Shown: positions 1 through 15,439 of the stretch, piece after piece | How the letters are laid out: every line of letters begins with the position of its first letter | How positions within the stretch are numbered: position 1 is the first letter of the stretch | The notes under the pieces: generated by a model | What the model saw: the letters and a program-made list of their open reading frames with translations, nothing else | What the model was told of the DNA's origin: nothing | The model's database searches: none | From: Squalus acanthias | Lineage: Eukaryota | Length of the DNA stretch: 64,000 nt | Assembly: GCA_030390025.1 (NCBI GenBank) | Contig: CM059438.1 | Span: forward strand, 41,478,001-41,542,000 | Direction of reading: 5' to 3' | Position numbers and translations under genes: made by a program

Positions 1-1214
1 TTTTTTTAAAACTCGGTGGCAGAGCAGAAAAGGAAGACATCCTGCAAAGGCAGTGCTATTCACAAACTTTTTTGCCAAGGGCCACAATTCCAAGTGGCGT
101 CTAACTGGAGAAGCACTCACACAAATGCTCTAATACACTGTTCCACGCAATGATGAGATGCAGATCTGTTCCCAAAATTTTCTACGTGGTTTATCTCCCA
201 ATTAAAATCATATCACTGTTATCAGTTGCCGAGTGGATGAATGACAACTTTCCACAGTAATAGGAAAAAACCCTACAGAATCAATAGTTTTATTAAAATT
301 CTAGGTTCTACAGTTTTGCGTTCTACCTTGCTACAGAAAGTAGAATAGCTCTCACCGAAATATATTTATTTGCTTTCTGTTGCTGGCCAATCAGGACAAC
401 CACCTACTGCTGAAGTAGAGCAACATGTGAACACATGCAAGCTCGCTCCTAATTACAGCTTGGTGTCGTGACCCACAGAGGCAATAGAGTGACCTTCTCC
501 CCCACCAATCCACTGAACATGGGTAAAATCACTATAGAAAATGAGCCAGTTTGGAAAAAATAATGTACTCACTGAGGCTGAAGCAAGAGAAATTATTCAA
601 AACCTGATCCTCATTTCTGGCCCATTGCCAACAGACCAACATCGAAAACATCCCCCACATAGCTTCGGCTTGTGCAGGAGGATCACGCATCAATCCACTG
701 ACTGAAGAAACCCTCAAAGCTACAAGAGTTGCATCCAAATACAAGTACCACTTATCAGAGCGAGCTGCTAAAGTTCCTCATAAGCTACTACAAAATGTAT
801 GCTGTAATCCATTAAAACTATGACAAAGCACTGGACCTAAATAACAGCAGAATCTTGAAGAAAACGTTTACTCTCAAAATCCCTTTTTTTTTAAAAAAGC
901 TATGCTTCAATCAGACTGTATTAGATACTGCACCTTTGAAACCATGACAATTGCTGTAGTAACACATCCTTGAATTGAGATGACATTGATAAGACTCCAA
1001 ACTATTCTCCCACTTCTGGCTTCCTCTCAACTCCTTCATACTACTTCTTTGCAAATGTCTTGATTGTGTGCTGTCCTATGTAAATACCAATAAAAATGAC
1101 TATAGGGTGGATTTTGCATTACAGTTAAATAACTAATGCAAAATCCATTACAATTCAAATATCAAACCACGATAGATTTGTGTGACACCTTATCCTCATG
1201 GAGATATCAAAGAA

Positions 1215-1555
1215 ATGCAGTGACTGTTATATAGGCAAATATAGCAGTCATTCTACACATAGCAAGATCCCACCAACAGCAATGAGAGGAATGACCAATT
1301 AAATTTTCTTTTTGATTGAAGGAGAAATATCGGACAGGACCCTGGAAGAACTCCCTGCTGCTTTTCAAATAGTACAATGGGATTGTCAAAGTCTATCAGA
1401 ACCACTAGACCAGGTGTATACTGTCAGTTTAGTGTCGCACCCGAAGGATGGCTCCCTCAACAATGCAGCACTCCCTCAACAATGCACTGAAATGTCAGCC
1501 TAGATCCGAAAGTGGAACTTGAATCCACAGAGTGCTATCTACTAAGCCATACTGA
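1215..1555 (-). mobile_element. Degenerate Deu-domain SINE (SacSINE1-like)
   Basis: Similar to better-preserved copies at 29370-29822 and 58940-59390 (gaagaactccctgctg..., gcagcactccctca, gtcagcctagat). Confidence 0.7.
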
Positions 1556-3325
1556 CACACAAGAGCAGAATGCACACATCTGAACCTCTTATTCTTACAA
1601 CAACTTGCATTTATATAGCACCTTTAACAAAGTAAAACATCCCATATTCCTTATAGTATATAGGTAAAGTTGGCGGCAAGTCTTATTCCACGTCTGGCCA
1701 ATCAGTGTCACAATGCCCTCGATAGATGACAGCCACCTGTGACTGAATTGCATAACTTGAAGTGAATGCTATTGCACCACGTAATTTGAACTGCGGTGGT
1801 AGAACATTTAAAGCATATTAACATCTCCCAGCATAGATATATTGTGGATTCTAAGTTATTAATGTATGCAGGACAAGTTACACCAAAGCACTTGCGATAT
1901 TTACTGTAGACTGCTGCATTGCTGTTCCCTTTCAATATTAACTACTCAAGGGTACCAACTTTCATTTCATTTTTCATCCAAATTCTACTTCTCTGGTCAT
2001 TCCAATCATGAAGGCAAAAGACCAAAACTTGACTATATAAAACCAAAAAAGAACTTGTCTGCAATATGCAAAACATAAGCTTTTAAGTTTTATAAGATTT
2101 CAGGTTAAGGGTCAATGATAAAACTGTATTTTCATAAAGAACTGTGTATGGGAACAATATTTATTGAACAAATTTTGGGTATATTTTTGTTCAGAGTAAG
2201 AAGATCTACCTTATTGCTAGGTTTGACCCAAACACAGCTTTGTTAACAAGTTCGTTTAGCTTCATTTTTCACACTCAAGTCTCAAAATATTTTCTGAACG
2301 GCAGCAGATTTCCCACTTTATATCCATAATCCAGTGTGTCGTATAGCTTAATTATAAAAACTGCATGATACTCAAGCAAAAATTGACAAAGTAGCAAATG
2401 TTTTCTGAAGGCATAATATGCCAAATTTGTAGAATACTTTCTCCTACAGTAGATCCTAGAAACATGACGAAAAGCATGTGCATGGTTATTTTCAAACCAT
2501 GTTATAATCAAAGTCATAACAGGAAAGCATTAATGAAAAATACGCCTGAACTTTCTGTTGCTTTCATTTACAAAACTGTATCAAGAACTCAAACACCAGT
2601 AGTTCTTCCTCAAGGTATTTAACTTAGTTATGCAAATATCTTGCATATGCAGCACACTTTTACACCCTAACAAAGGAAACATTGTGAAAATAGGCAAAAC
2701 TGATTAACCAAAATGTCAATACACAAATTTACCAACCAGTGCTACAGTGAAAAACTCAGTCATACAAACACACAGATTTGAATACTGGATTGTGAACGGA
2801 CGATTTGCATCTCGCCAACACCAGAGACTGGGTACAACCCAAGTTTTCCGTACGTGCATAATCGACACCCAAGTCTGCAGAGTTGTTAGTGATATTCCAA
2901 GAACGGAGGGTTCAGTACAATTTTTTTTAATGCCAAACCATTTTCCAAAGAACCACGTGACATAAAACTGCAGTTAATTCTAATGCAGTGCAGGTTTATC
3001 AGCTACATTACACACAATATTTCAAATCCTAGTAAAGTGCACAAGATCAGACAGCATGTCTTGTAATTTTAAACTGATGCACAATGACATCACCACCATA
3101 AACTGCTCGTTACAGTATTCCACTTGCATGTCAGTTTTGTCCTTCCATTCAACTGCTACTAAACTAGAAATAAGGCCAAAGGTATCAGCAAAATGACCAG
3201 TCACTAGATCCAATCCAATCAAAAGAACCTCAAATGACTCCTAAATCATTGTATTAGTGACAATATTAACAGCACAATGACTGAGGTTTTTTTTTAAACT
3301 GCACCTATAAGGTCTACTGCCCATT

Positions 3326-3341
3326 TCACTAGATGGCAGCA
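3326..3341 (+). promoter_or_regulatory. Candidate CTCF site in PTEN intron 1
   Basis: TCACTAGATGGCAGCA vs consensus CCACYAGRKGGCRSYA; motif match only. Confidence 0.4.
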
Positions 3342-3979
3342 TCACTTGTACGTTAAACTAAAAATAGACGACTGAATCCAGTAGTGATATAGAATAGCAG
3401 CAGAGTAAAGCAATTGCCCTCGACACTGCAAAGTGATTATCTTTAATTATACGAAAGGTCGTGCAAAAATGCAAACCCGTACCTTTAAAAATCTGTTTGA
3501 ACGATATTACGCATTTTGGTTAAAGTCACATATTTGGCATTTAACTTCATCCATTCCTATCTAGGCCAAGACCTAACCGCACTCTGTACAGTACGTATAC
3601 CCCCTGCAGAGGCTACGCATGGCAGCTCTAGATCTGCACAATAGGTATTTCAGCACCACAATGCAATGTATATAATGACAGTACACATTTAATTTAGAAC
3701 GCCTGGGCCCCACGTCCAATTCATTGTTAAATATAAAGGAACTCACCCAGTATCTCTATGCAGCCACTTACGAATTACCCCAATTTAAATGCGCTTCAAT
3801 ACAAAAAAATATATAAATTGTGTAATTCCCACAGTCTCTAAAAGAGGGAGGGCCAGGTCTCCCCTCCCTGATATAAAATAAAATGAAGCACTGCATGGAT
3901 TTCTTTGCACTTCTCCATTCAAACCTTGATTAAGTAAGGCACAAGAGACGCAATTTTCCAACCACCCCCCCCCCCCTCA

Positions 3980-5830
<1,851 letters not shown>

Positions 5831-5919
5831 ATACTTAGATTATAAAATCAGTTGTTAAATTCCACTCTCTGTGTTGCAGATACTTCTCACCCCCCGCCCC
5901 GTTACTTTGGGAGTCACAG

Positions 5920-7660
5920 TTTAGATAGAAATTGGACAACTCCGATTTAGAGGTCACTGAAGAGCTTCAGAACATATTTAGGAATGTTTTGGACTGAAGT
6001 TGGGAATAAGGAAAGGACAGCAGGAACACCGAGAATTAAACTACAACCGAGTCTCTGAAATAGATGACAATGGGCAGGAATATAACTTTTTAGATTCCCG
6101 TTTACATGGCTTAAAAGAAAAGGCAGTTACAGGTGGTACTTAAGAGATTTCTGCTGAACAGATAAGTGAAATGGCGATCCTCTGGCTATATGAACGATTT
6201 TACCGAACCTGTTAGTAAATTAATGTTGGTTATGGCAGTGTAGATATGAATAACGTTGATCTGGATAGTATAGATATACATTGGGTATTCAGGATGCTGA
6301 AATGTATCCTCACCAGCAAAATGAAGAACCATCACAGGGGGAACTACCTATTTAGGTGAAGATTGGAGATCATGCCATATTACAGTATTGGCGGCAGCTA
6401 TATGAAACCTAATTTTTCAAACATTGTAAAATATGCCTACCTTAAATAGTTGAACAGATACCCTATGCAAGTCTAAGATGGATAAACCTAATTGTTGACA
6501 TTGAACCAAAACTAGCAGTAGCCTGTAAAACCATGGACATTATAATTTTAGTGACTGTCGTGGCTACAGTGCTTAAGGAGGAATGATTGAAGTTTGCTTG
6601 GTATGTGTCATGGTGTTCAGGTCAACTTATCAAATTGCTATTTGATAGTTTATTTGAGTTTCATGCAATGGACATGTGGTTGAATAGAAGGAAGCAGAGC
6701 AAATAATGTATAATGCTGAAGCGTTTCAACAATATCCATGGTTTTTAGTGTAACGCAAGCATATACAGGGTCAGTGGTGTGCAAATTGGAGCAGAGTTAT
6801 CCTTTACAATCTAGTGAGTGTTGACCATTGATGTTGGATGCTCGAGTTCCTCACTAAGCATCCTCCCAGTAGAATATGCTGTTTGTGGCTGGGAACATAC
6901 GGGACAAGTTTTTTTCCAAATGAAACAGCCACCTTATCGCTGCAGGGTGGAGACATCCATTTCAAATGAGATCGAGATTTATAAACATTACTAAACAGTC
7001 AGTTGGAATATGCATAAAGAGACTTGTTATTAAGCAAGATAATCTTTTTTCAGCCGGCAGTCACAGTATATTAAGGTAGTTACTAGTGCCATTCTACTGA
7101 CTGCTTTATCCACTCTGATTACTGAAGCGGTGTGATAAGAATTGTCCTTGTGTACATTTAGTACCACTGAGAAAATAAAAACAAAATGGAAATTTGGTAA
7201 AGGGGGTACTGTTGTCATGTAGTAGCAAGATTGCTACCTGGCGGAATCTGAATGGCAACTGTCTGATGACTCCGATCTCTCTGGACCATGACTTCACTAT
7301 TGAACAATAAACCATCATTTCCTAGACTGTCACCAATTTCTTCTTGAGATCTTTTCGCACAGAAGGTTCTTCGGACATATATTCATTACACAAGTGGCTA
7401 TGGAGGAAGAGTACACATTTGAGATGACCAGTTTTTTCCATTTTGATAAGTGTCTAAAACTCTCCACTGACAATGCAAATTGTAAATGGATGTTTCACAT
7501 GTTTACAGCTGACTACCAACAAGTGATGAGTTACAGTATTTTGTGACTCATGTTTTGCTGTGTTAATTTTCATTTTATTCTGCCATTGAATGGTCTTATT
7601 CCTAGGATTCTTGTCGGTGCTGCTCAAGTCAGCTGCAAATATGTCAGCAAGAGTCATTTA
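5920..7660 (+). pseudogene. Possible heavily decayed envelope/fusion-protein-like coding relic
   Basis: Coding-like composition with many stops and frameshifts; fragments VGYGSVDMNNVDLDSI (6225-), LAVAC (6512-), FGKG-YC (~7193-7212) and a hydrophobic end. Resemblance judged by eye only. Confidence 0.3.
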
Positions 7661-8309
7661 GCTGACCCTCTTTGATACACTTTGATATTCCATCATTGCT
7701 AGAGATGTGCTTATATTGGTGTTAATATACTCAACACTAATCTGAATGCCCATGTACAGCAAGAGTGAGAAACAAACAAGTAATGATGTGTTTTATGACC
7801 TTATTTCTTATATATATTTTGTAACTTCCTGTGTAACATGGGATAGAATTTCCGCAGAGCCTGCCCCATCTTCCGCCGCAACTTTGACGAAAACCCTGGA
7901 GAAATAGTGTAAGTGGCTGTTTATGCCATTTCTCTAAGATTTCCGCCAAAGTTATGGCAGGAGACCGGATAAACTTTTGCAGAAGTTCCAGGTGTACAGT
8001 TTTATACAGAAAAACAAAATACGAGAGATACACAGCAAGGTAATCGGCATCTGTAAAGAAAATGCACAGGGTAATGTTTTGGGTGTATCCCCTTCCTCAA
8101 AACAGCAAGATAAGTAAGCCCGTTGCAGGGCAGAAGAGAATAAAAGGAAAGGGGAGGAATTGAGATAACATACCCCAATCGTTGAGAGGAAGTTAATGGG
8201 TTGTATAACCTGTATATTGCCTAATAGAGAAGCAGGAACCTTGTGGATGATATGAAAGGTCAACACAGTGAGGCAAAGAAAAGATATTAGAAAACAAAAT
8301 AACATGCAA

Positions 8310-8480
8310 CAACAATTTACATTCATATAGCGCATTTAACCTAGTACAACGTCCCAAGGCGCTTAACAAGAGCATTATCAAAACAAAACATTTTTGACAC
8401 CAAGCCACAGAAGGAGATATCAGGACAGATGACAAAAAGCTTGATAAAAGAGGTAGGTTTTAAGAAGCATCTTAAGAGAG
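8310..8480 (-). mobile_element. L2-type LINE 3' end
   Basis: caacaacaatttacattcatatagcgcatttaac...gtcccaaggcgctt tail, recurring at ~1596, 13600, 15130, 40215. Confidence 0.65.
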
Positions 8481-8754
8481 AGAGAGGCGAATAGCTGTTA
8501 TGACAAAAAGCAAGGGAAAGGCAAGAAATTGGAGGGGGAAAAAAGGTCTGAAATGAAAGCAGGAAGTGCTGGAAACACACAGCAGGTCTGCCAGTCTAAA
8601 AAGAAATAGCATAGGCTAACATTCTAGATGGAGAATTCCACTAGACCTGTGGTCTGACAAAGTGTCTACACAGTAAATTGTATGTTTTTAAAACATTAAC
8701 AAACATTTCAAATGTTAAAAAATGTGACTTAACACAAGAAGTATACATTTTAAT

Positions 8755-8940
8755 AACAACAGAAAGCGCTGGAAAAACTCAGCAGGCCAGGCAACATCCG
8801 TGGAGAGAGAAACAGAGTTAACGTTTCAGGTCGAAGACCCTTCGTCAGAACTGAGAAAAAAGCAGGAAATGAAACAGATGAAAAAGCAAATTTGGAGGCT
8901 GGGGAAGGGAATAAAAGAACAAAAGGGAAGGTCGTGAGAC
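8755..8940 (-). mobile_element. Penelope-like element terminus with minimal hammerhead ribozyme motif (8816-8853)
   Basis: Minus strand AGTT-CTGACGA-AGGGTC-TTC-GACCT-GAAA-CGTT-AACT; related copy at 59585-59677. Confidence 0.7.
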
Positions 8941-9656
8941 GTAGAGACATTAAGAGATACACAAGAGATTAAGAGATATACATTTTATATGGTTTTTAAA
9001 TAAAATTGAATTTATTGGAAGTTAGTTTTTATCAAAACCATATCATACAATATGGCCACCAGAAAAATAGTTTGCTGCATTAGTTCCATTATTTTTTTGT
9101 CTATATGTTAAGCAGTTTCAGTGGATAACCATTACTCACTATTTGAATTTTTGGGGGGGAAAAAATCAAAAAGTGCTGAAATGGTAAACTAATAAAGTCA
9201 GGTGAATATAATGGAATAGAGTTGTACTTAAGAGGACTTGACCTTAATGTTTAGCCTTACAATAGTCTGCAAGGTTAATGATATGGTAGAGAAAGCTGAG
9301 TCGGTAACTAAGAAACTTGATACACAAAACAAACTCAAATAAATGTGCATGTTAATGGTAAGCAGCACCTGCTTAAACCTAGAACTGGGCATGAGATCTA
9401 CATCCAAAGCAAATAATCATTATTACAGAACAAGAACAATGCATCTTACCGAGAGCAGTGCTCATTTAGTATTACATTGTGTATGCCAGGGTAAAGTGGA
9501 ACAGAATGATGGAAATTGCATAGTGATTAGAAAGATGTTGATTTTTGATTCCAAGAAGTTTTTCACATGTGGCCTAAACAATTTCATTACTCAGATGGAG
9601 GAGAGATAAGTTTGGATCAAATATAATTTATAGTTTGGCTTCTGGGCACAACGAAT

Positions 9657-9996
9657 CATCGATTTTCAAATTTGTGGTCCATGGATCCTAGGGGGAAACC
9701 ACAAGAAGATCCCAAGGTATCTGTGAGGTTATCAGATTTCTGTCTGTCTGTACCTGGGTGTACCGTGCATTGTAAGCAGTATCTTGAAATCTGAAATCTA
9801 GACTTCCTTCTTTGTCGACTTATTGACACATTATTTCTGTTGCTCTGTGCTAATAAAAATATTTCTGCAATGTTGATGCTTTCCTGTGAATAGCTGACAC
9901 TCTTTCGGACATTAGGACATGGAGTCCCTAGGAGTTTGTCATTGTTTGTCAATATTTTTGAATGGGCCCCGCAGAGAAAAAGTTTGAAAACCACTG
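9657..9996. mobile_element. Old hAT/Charlie-like MITE
   Basis: Ends catcgattttcaaattt... and ...aagtttgaaaaccactg form degenerate CAGTGGTTTTCAAAC-type inverted termini. Confidence 0.5.
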
Positions 9997-11579
9997 AAGT
10001 GGCTGGAACTTAAAGTTCTTAATCACTTTATTGGTAGTATCCCTGGAATCTTATGATCGAGAGTACTTTTTTCCTGTTTGCACTGTTTTATATTACAAAT
10101 TGGAAACTACGGAGTACAATTAGTTCTACAAATGAGCTGTGCAGTATAACTCACGAGTACTCATAAGTGAGTTATAATGGTCTTGCTCCAAAGTGGAATA
10201 AAGAATGTATTCACAGTTTCACACTGTATCATTTTTATTGCATTTGATTAGAGGCAACCAGGTTAGGTCTCTATGCAGATGCAAAACAGTGCTTAACTAC
10301 AAAATCTTGTTTAAAGCTTTTTTATTAACATTACATGAATTGGGGAAGCATTTTATATTGAAAATATTTAATGTTACACTTACTGGCTCCTTTAAGGAGC
10401 AACACCATCCTCCATAGTGTATATTAAAAGAAAGCAAAAATCATATAAGAAGCTAATCTATATATGTCGTAGATTATTATAATAACCATGGCTGTTTCAC
10501 ATAGGATTCCTAGAAAGTACATAAAACTATAAATGACACCTCCCGTAGGCCACAGAGCAGCCATCATTTCATATAAAATGTTCTTAAAAATCATGTCCAA
10601 ACCACCAAAAGTCAGCTTGAACCTAACTAGTTCAAATTATGTGAAGCCCCTGGAGTCATCACTAGTCTGTCAAAGTGGCTAAGCATTCCATAAAATAACA
10701 GTGGACAGGCAAACAATCCAATCACAGAACAGCATATTGTAAAAGAGTGTCCACTGAACAAAAAGTTCACATTCAAGTCACCCAACCTTTATCTCACAGT
10801 TGCAAGAACTTTCCACAATCTTCACAAGGCCAGGAAAAGAAACAAAACAAACAAGTTAAACAGTCGGCAGACATAGAATGACTGGTATTGGTTCAGAATT
10901 TACCATACATTACTGTGGTGGTCTCTCACACATGTGCATACTTTCTCTTATAATTAAGGCGAGCTTATTTCTCAACTAACAGTAACTATATTTACCCTTT
11001 AATTAATTTCTGTAAATCATAGCAATATTATGAATCGCAAAATTATCTTGGATGGACACTTCTCGGGAACATTTTATCTTATGCATCTGCATATCCCTCT
11101 CAGGATTAGAAAGTGTGCATTTTATCTGCTGTCATTGGAACTCCATAGAAATTGAGAATTCTTGAAGGAATATTATTTTGATACCTTGATCTTTCCTCAT
11201 TTTAATGTTTTCCCCTCTATTCTAGAATATTATGCACCATAATTAAGATGAGGGAAACTGTTATGGTTCTCACTCTAGATTTTTCAACTTCTGTGTTTTG
11301 GATCACTCTCATAAGTGAGTCCCTACTTCCTATGTCTTAAAGAGTATCTTCAATAGCCTATATACTTTAGTAACATGCCCATCTGTTAATTACCCTGTGC
11401 CTCCATAGGAACTGACTCCTGTTTTCAGTAACTGGTAGAGCATCACAACATCAGACCCTATTTTAGGTTAAAATTATTAAGCAAATTTGTTTAATAAAAG
11501 ATGAACAATTAAATAGATAGCAGTAATATAATACATATATTTATTTACAGTAGAAATTCTTCTAGCTAGCTCCTAGACA

Positions 11580-11905
11580 AAGAAGAAATTTACAGGGGCT
11601 ATGGGGAAAGAGCAGTGGAGTGCGACTAATTAGATAGCTCTTTCAAAGAGCCGGCACAGACAAGATGGGCCGGATGGTGACCTCCTGTGCTCTATGATTC
11701 AATGAAAAAACAAAAAGGTCACAATCTAAATGCTAAATTATTTTTCTGTAAATAACTTGCATACATGCAGTGTTTCTTTTCTATTTATTACCACTGGGAA
11801 CTATTGCTAGACTGAACTAGAAGATCAGCCATGATGTTATTGAATGGCGGCACAGGCTCAAGGGGCCATATGGCCTACGCCTGCTCCTATTTCTTATGTT
11901 CTTAT
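11580..11905 (+). mobile_element. Two short CR1 LINE 3' ends
   Basis: ggggctatggggaaagagcag...cctcctgtgctctatgattc and gatcagccatgat...gctcctatttcttatgttcttatg tails. Confidence 0.6.
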
Positions 11906-12759
11906 GAACTCTTTCAAGCTCCAAACTGATTCTCAAATTCAAACAGCTACAGCTCCTTAGATATCTCCCAGGACAATTACTGGGACTTCCTGGATTTGAA
12001 TAACCGTTGATCATTTTCAAAAATAACTGGCTGCCATACATATAACTGAACAAGTCACAATCTGTGTGAAAGTAGCTTGACTGTCCCCTCAAGCTTTGCA
12101 CAAAACAGACAAAATGTGCAACATTTCTATTGAGTTAAGCTTGGGAAAAGATTCTGACTATAGTTAGTTTTTTAAAAAGAAACCTTTATGACCATTGATG
12201 AATCAAACGAACGCCATCAAAGCTAAAACAAGACAGAATTGTTTCATTTTTGTCACAAACAAGTCAAGATCTATTAAGTTGTGAAGGTAGAGAACAGTAT
12301 ATTTCTTTCACTGTGGACATGGCCTAGTACATATCGAATTTTTGTAATTGTCAAAGTGAAGGTTGTTAGCACTGAATTGCAATACTTGGCCATTTCAATT
12401 ACCACTATTAACATCAAGCACTCCCAGGGTAGGTATGGTACAACAGGCTTCAGAGTAATGCTCTCTTTGTTTCTGGCCTAACTTCAGAAAAACACCTCCT
12501 ACTGAACTTGAGTGACATTTAAATTTGTTACATGAACTATCCCTATCAATCTGAGAGAGATTACCAATTTAGGGATAATTTTGTGATACAGGCATGTAAC
12601 CATTAGAGTTTAATTTGGCCAGGCTCATGTCACATAGAACCCTCACACACAGACAAAGAGAATCTTCTTCTCATCCAGTTGGGCTGAATTAACTGCAGGT
12701 TCCAGAGTTGACAGAACAGTGGAACAATGGTAACCCACTGAGCCACCCAATATCCATGC

Positions 12760-13060
12760 AATGGTTTCTTTTCCCGCACCGCTACTTCTGGAGTCCCCCT
12801 AGGATCTATACTTGGCTCCCCTCCTCTTCGTCATCTACATGTTGTCCCTTGGTGACATCATCCACAGACATTCGGCCAGTTTCCACATGCGTGCTGACTA
12901 CACTCAGTTCTACCTCTCCACTGCCTGTGTATTATCAGACTGCTTGTCCATAAACTTTAACTCGTCCAATGCTCTACTGCCCATATCCGATTCCGCACCA
13001 AGTCCCCACTGATCTACATTGGCTCCCAGTCCAAAGCATCAACTTTAAAATTCTCCTTAA
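12760..13060 (+). mobile_element. L2 LINE reverse-transcriptase fragment
   Basis: Translates to GVP.GS...PLLFVIYMLSLGDIIHRH...FHMRADYTQFYLS (decayed YADD region). Confidence 0.7.
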
Positions 13061-13785
13061 AATTTTCCCTTCAGAGATAAAATCGACTCCATGATCATTA
13101 AGTTTTACCTGTAGCTGCTTTATCTATCAGTTAGTTGTTTTTGGTGTCTGACATCTCCAGTGTTATACAGTGATCTTCTGGGTTGAGAAATGCTATTGCA
13201 TAGTCTGAGTGTGCTATTTTGCAAAGGGAAATCACTGCATTATATTTTCCATATCTTTGAACCACCTATCAATTACTACTGCATAAAGCATTGAAGAGAT
13301 TGTTTGAAATAGATTTAACATCTGAAATTGGGGCTTTGTTCTGTCAACCTCCTTGTTTTCTCCTTCCTATTTTCATTCTTCATGAAAGGGGTTCCAGTTG
13401 ACTATGGAAAATTTTAATCTATGGGAAAAACTGATATTGTCTAATAATTATGTCCAATGAAAAGGTTCACTGTCAAGTTAGCTTAGCAGAGGAAACTGAT
13501 CAGTGGGACAAGACTATGGGTTCAATTTAGCTTTTGATTCCCTTTTAATGTGCATGTGATACTTTAATAGCTTCCTTTTCAAATTACCAAAACAGCAACA
13601 ACTTGTATTTATAAAGAGGCTTTAACATAGTAAAACATTCCAAGGCACTTCACAGAAGTAGAATCAGACAAAAATCTACACCGCCAAAGAGTTTAGAGCC
13701 TAGACGGCTGAAATCACGGCCACCAATGATGGGGTGAACAAAGAGGGCATATGCACAAGAGCCCAAAGTTGAAGAAACACAAGAC

Positions 13786-13940
13786 CAATGTTCCTTCTAA
13801 TTTTATTGGCGCCACGCGGCCCCTTTAAGAGGCTGCGCGGGCCATTCAAAATACCGCCCATGCGTGGTTTTTGCATTGACTAGCCGGTTGTGCGGGATCC
13901 CTGGAGCACTGCGCGACTGTGCAGCGTAAAGGAAGCATTG
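13786..13940. mobile_element. 155-bp hAT-type MITE
   Basis: Imperfect TIRs CAATGTTCCTT / AAGGAAGCATTG; 8-bp TSD CACAAGAC (13778-13785) / CACAAGAG (13941-13948). Confidence 0.7.
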
Positions 13941-14029
13941 CACAAGAGGTCTTGGAGGGTTGTCGGCTGAAGGTTACAAAGATAGGGAGGGGTAAAGTCA
14001 TAAACAGACTTGAACATGGTAAGTTAACA

Positions 14030-14682
14030 TGTAGGTACAGCAAGCAATAGCAAGGCAAATGGTATGTTAGCCTTTATTACAAGGGGGTTGGAGTATAAGA
14101 GTAAGGAAGTCTTGGTGCAATTATATAGGTCTTTGGTGAGATCACACCTGAGTACTGTGTCTCCTTACCTAAGGAAGGATATACTTGCCTTAGAGGGGGT
14201 GCAAAAAAAGGTTCACCAGATTGGTTTCTAGGATGAGAGAGCTGTCCTATGAGGAGAGATTGAGTATAAATTCTCTGGAGTTTAGAAGAATGAGAGGTGA
14301 TCTCATTGAAACATATAGTCTTAGAGGGCTTGATAGGGTAGATGCTGAGAGGCTGTTTCCCCTGACTGGAGAATCTAGAACTAGGGGTCATAGTCTCAGG
14401 ATAAGGGGTCGGCCATTTAGGACTGAGATGAGGAGAAATTTCTTCTCTCAGAGGGTTGTGAATCTTTGAAATTCTCTACCCCAGAGGGCTGTGGATGCTC
14501 AGTTGATGAGTATATTCAAAACTGAGATCGATAGAATTTTGGGCACGAAGGGAATCAAAGGGATATGGGGATCGGGTGGGAAAGTGGAGTTGATGTAGAA
14601 GTTCAGCCATGATCTTATTGAAGGGCGGAGCAAGCTCGATGGGCCATGTGGCCTACTCTGGCTTCTATTTCTTGTGTTCTTA
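14030..14682 (+). mobile_element. CR1 LINE 3' fragment
   Basis: ORF2 C-terminus (LSYEERL...RRMRGDLIETY...TRGHSLRIRGRPFRTEMRRNFFSQRVVNL) plus 3' tail. Confidence 0.9.
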
Positions 14683-15439
14683 TAATGAGAATTTAAAATC
14701 TGGGGAACCAGGAGCCAATGTAGGTTAGTAAGCACAGGGTTGATGGGTGAGTGGGACTTGGTTTGGGTTTGGATACGGGCAGCAAATAATGCAGACATTA
14801 AAGTGGATGGAAAGGTTATTTTGTAATGCGTTTTAAAAAAGTAAGTATATTACTCCGAGTGGAATCTATTTCCTGTCGATTTTTTGTGCAATCACAGGAA
14901 AAATGCAGTTTACCAAGAAACCTGCAGTGTTGCCAGTAGTAACCATGACTTGGCAGCATCCATGATAGTTATGAATGCAAAGCCTGTTGTGCTCTTTACA
15001 ACAATATTAGATCTGTAGAGTTTGACATGTGTAATCGGAACATGTCTAATGCTGAATAAAGGAAGTTACTCCTTTTATTTAAAAATCAGGCGTTTCTGCA
15101 ATTTCCTAACAGAACCGTCAGCTGCCTCAGTTACAACAACTTGCATTTATACAAGGCCTTTAACATAAAAAGTGTCCCAAAGTGCTTTATGGAGAAATAA
15201 TGAGTGGAATGAAATGCTGATCCATGGAGAAGTAGACCAGTGGAATGACACAGGGCCAGTCCAATGCCACCAAACTAAAATAGACACTACAAGTGCCCAC
15301 CCCAAGAAGAGGGTATCACTAGTATGTGTGGTCTATCTGAACTAAAATTGTATGTGAGTTAACTTAAAATTTGATCCTCATGGTTGATGATACGACCAAT
15401 ATACCATGGTGCCCACCTGTGCGGAAAGGTGTTTGCAGG

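Larger units (their letters stand above)
13595..14790 (-). mobile_element. L2 LINE 3' region carrying nested hAT MITE and CR1 insertions
   Basis: L2 tail at 13595; L2 sequence resumes at ~13950 and ~14685 around the two inserts. Confidence 0.6.

Noticed and set aside
148-245. Box C/D snoRNA (ATGATGA at ~150)
   Set aside because: Antisense to the PTEN host intron, with no properly placed D box or terminal stem.
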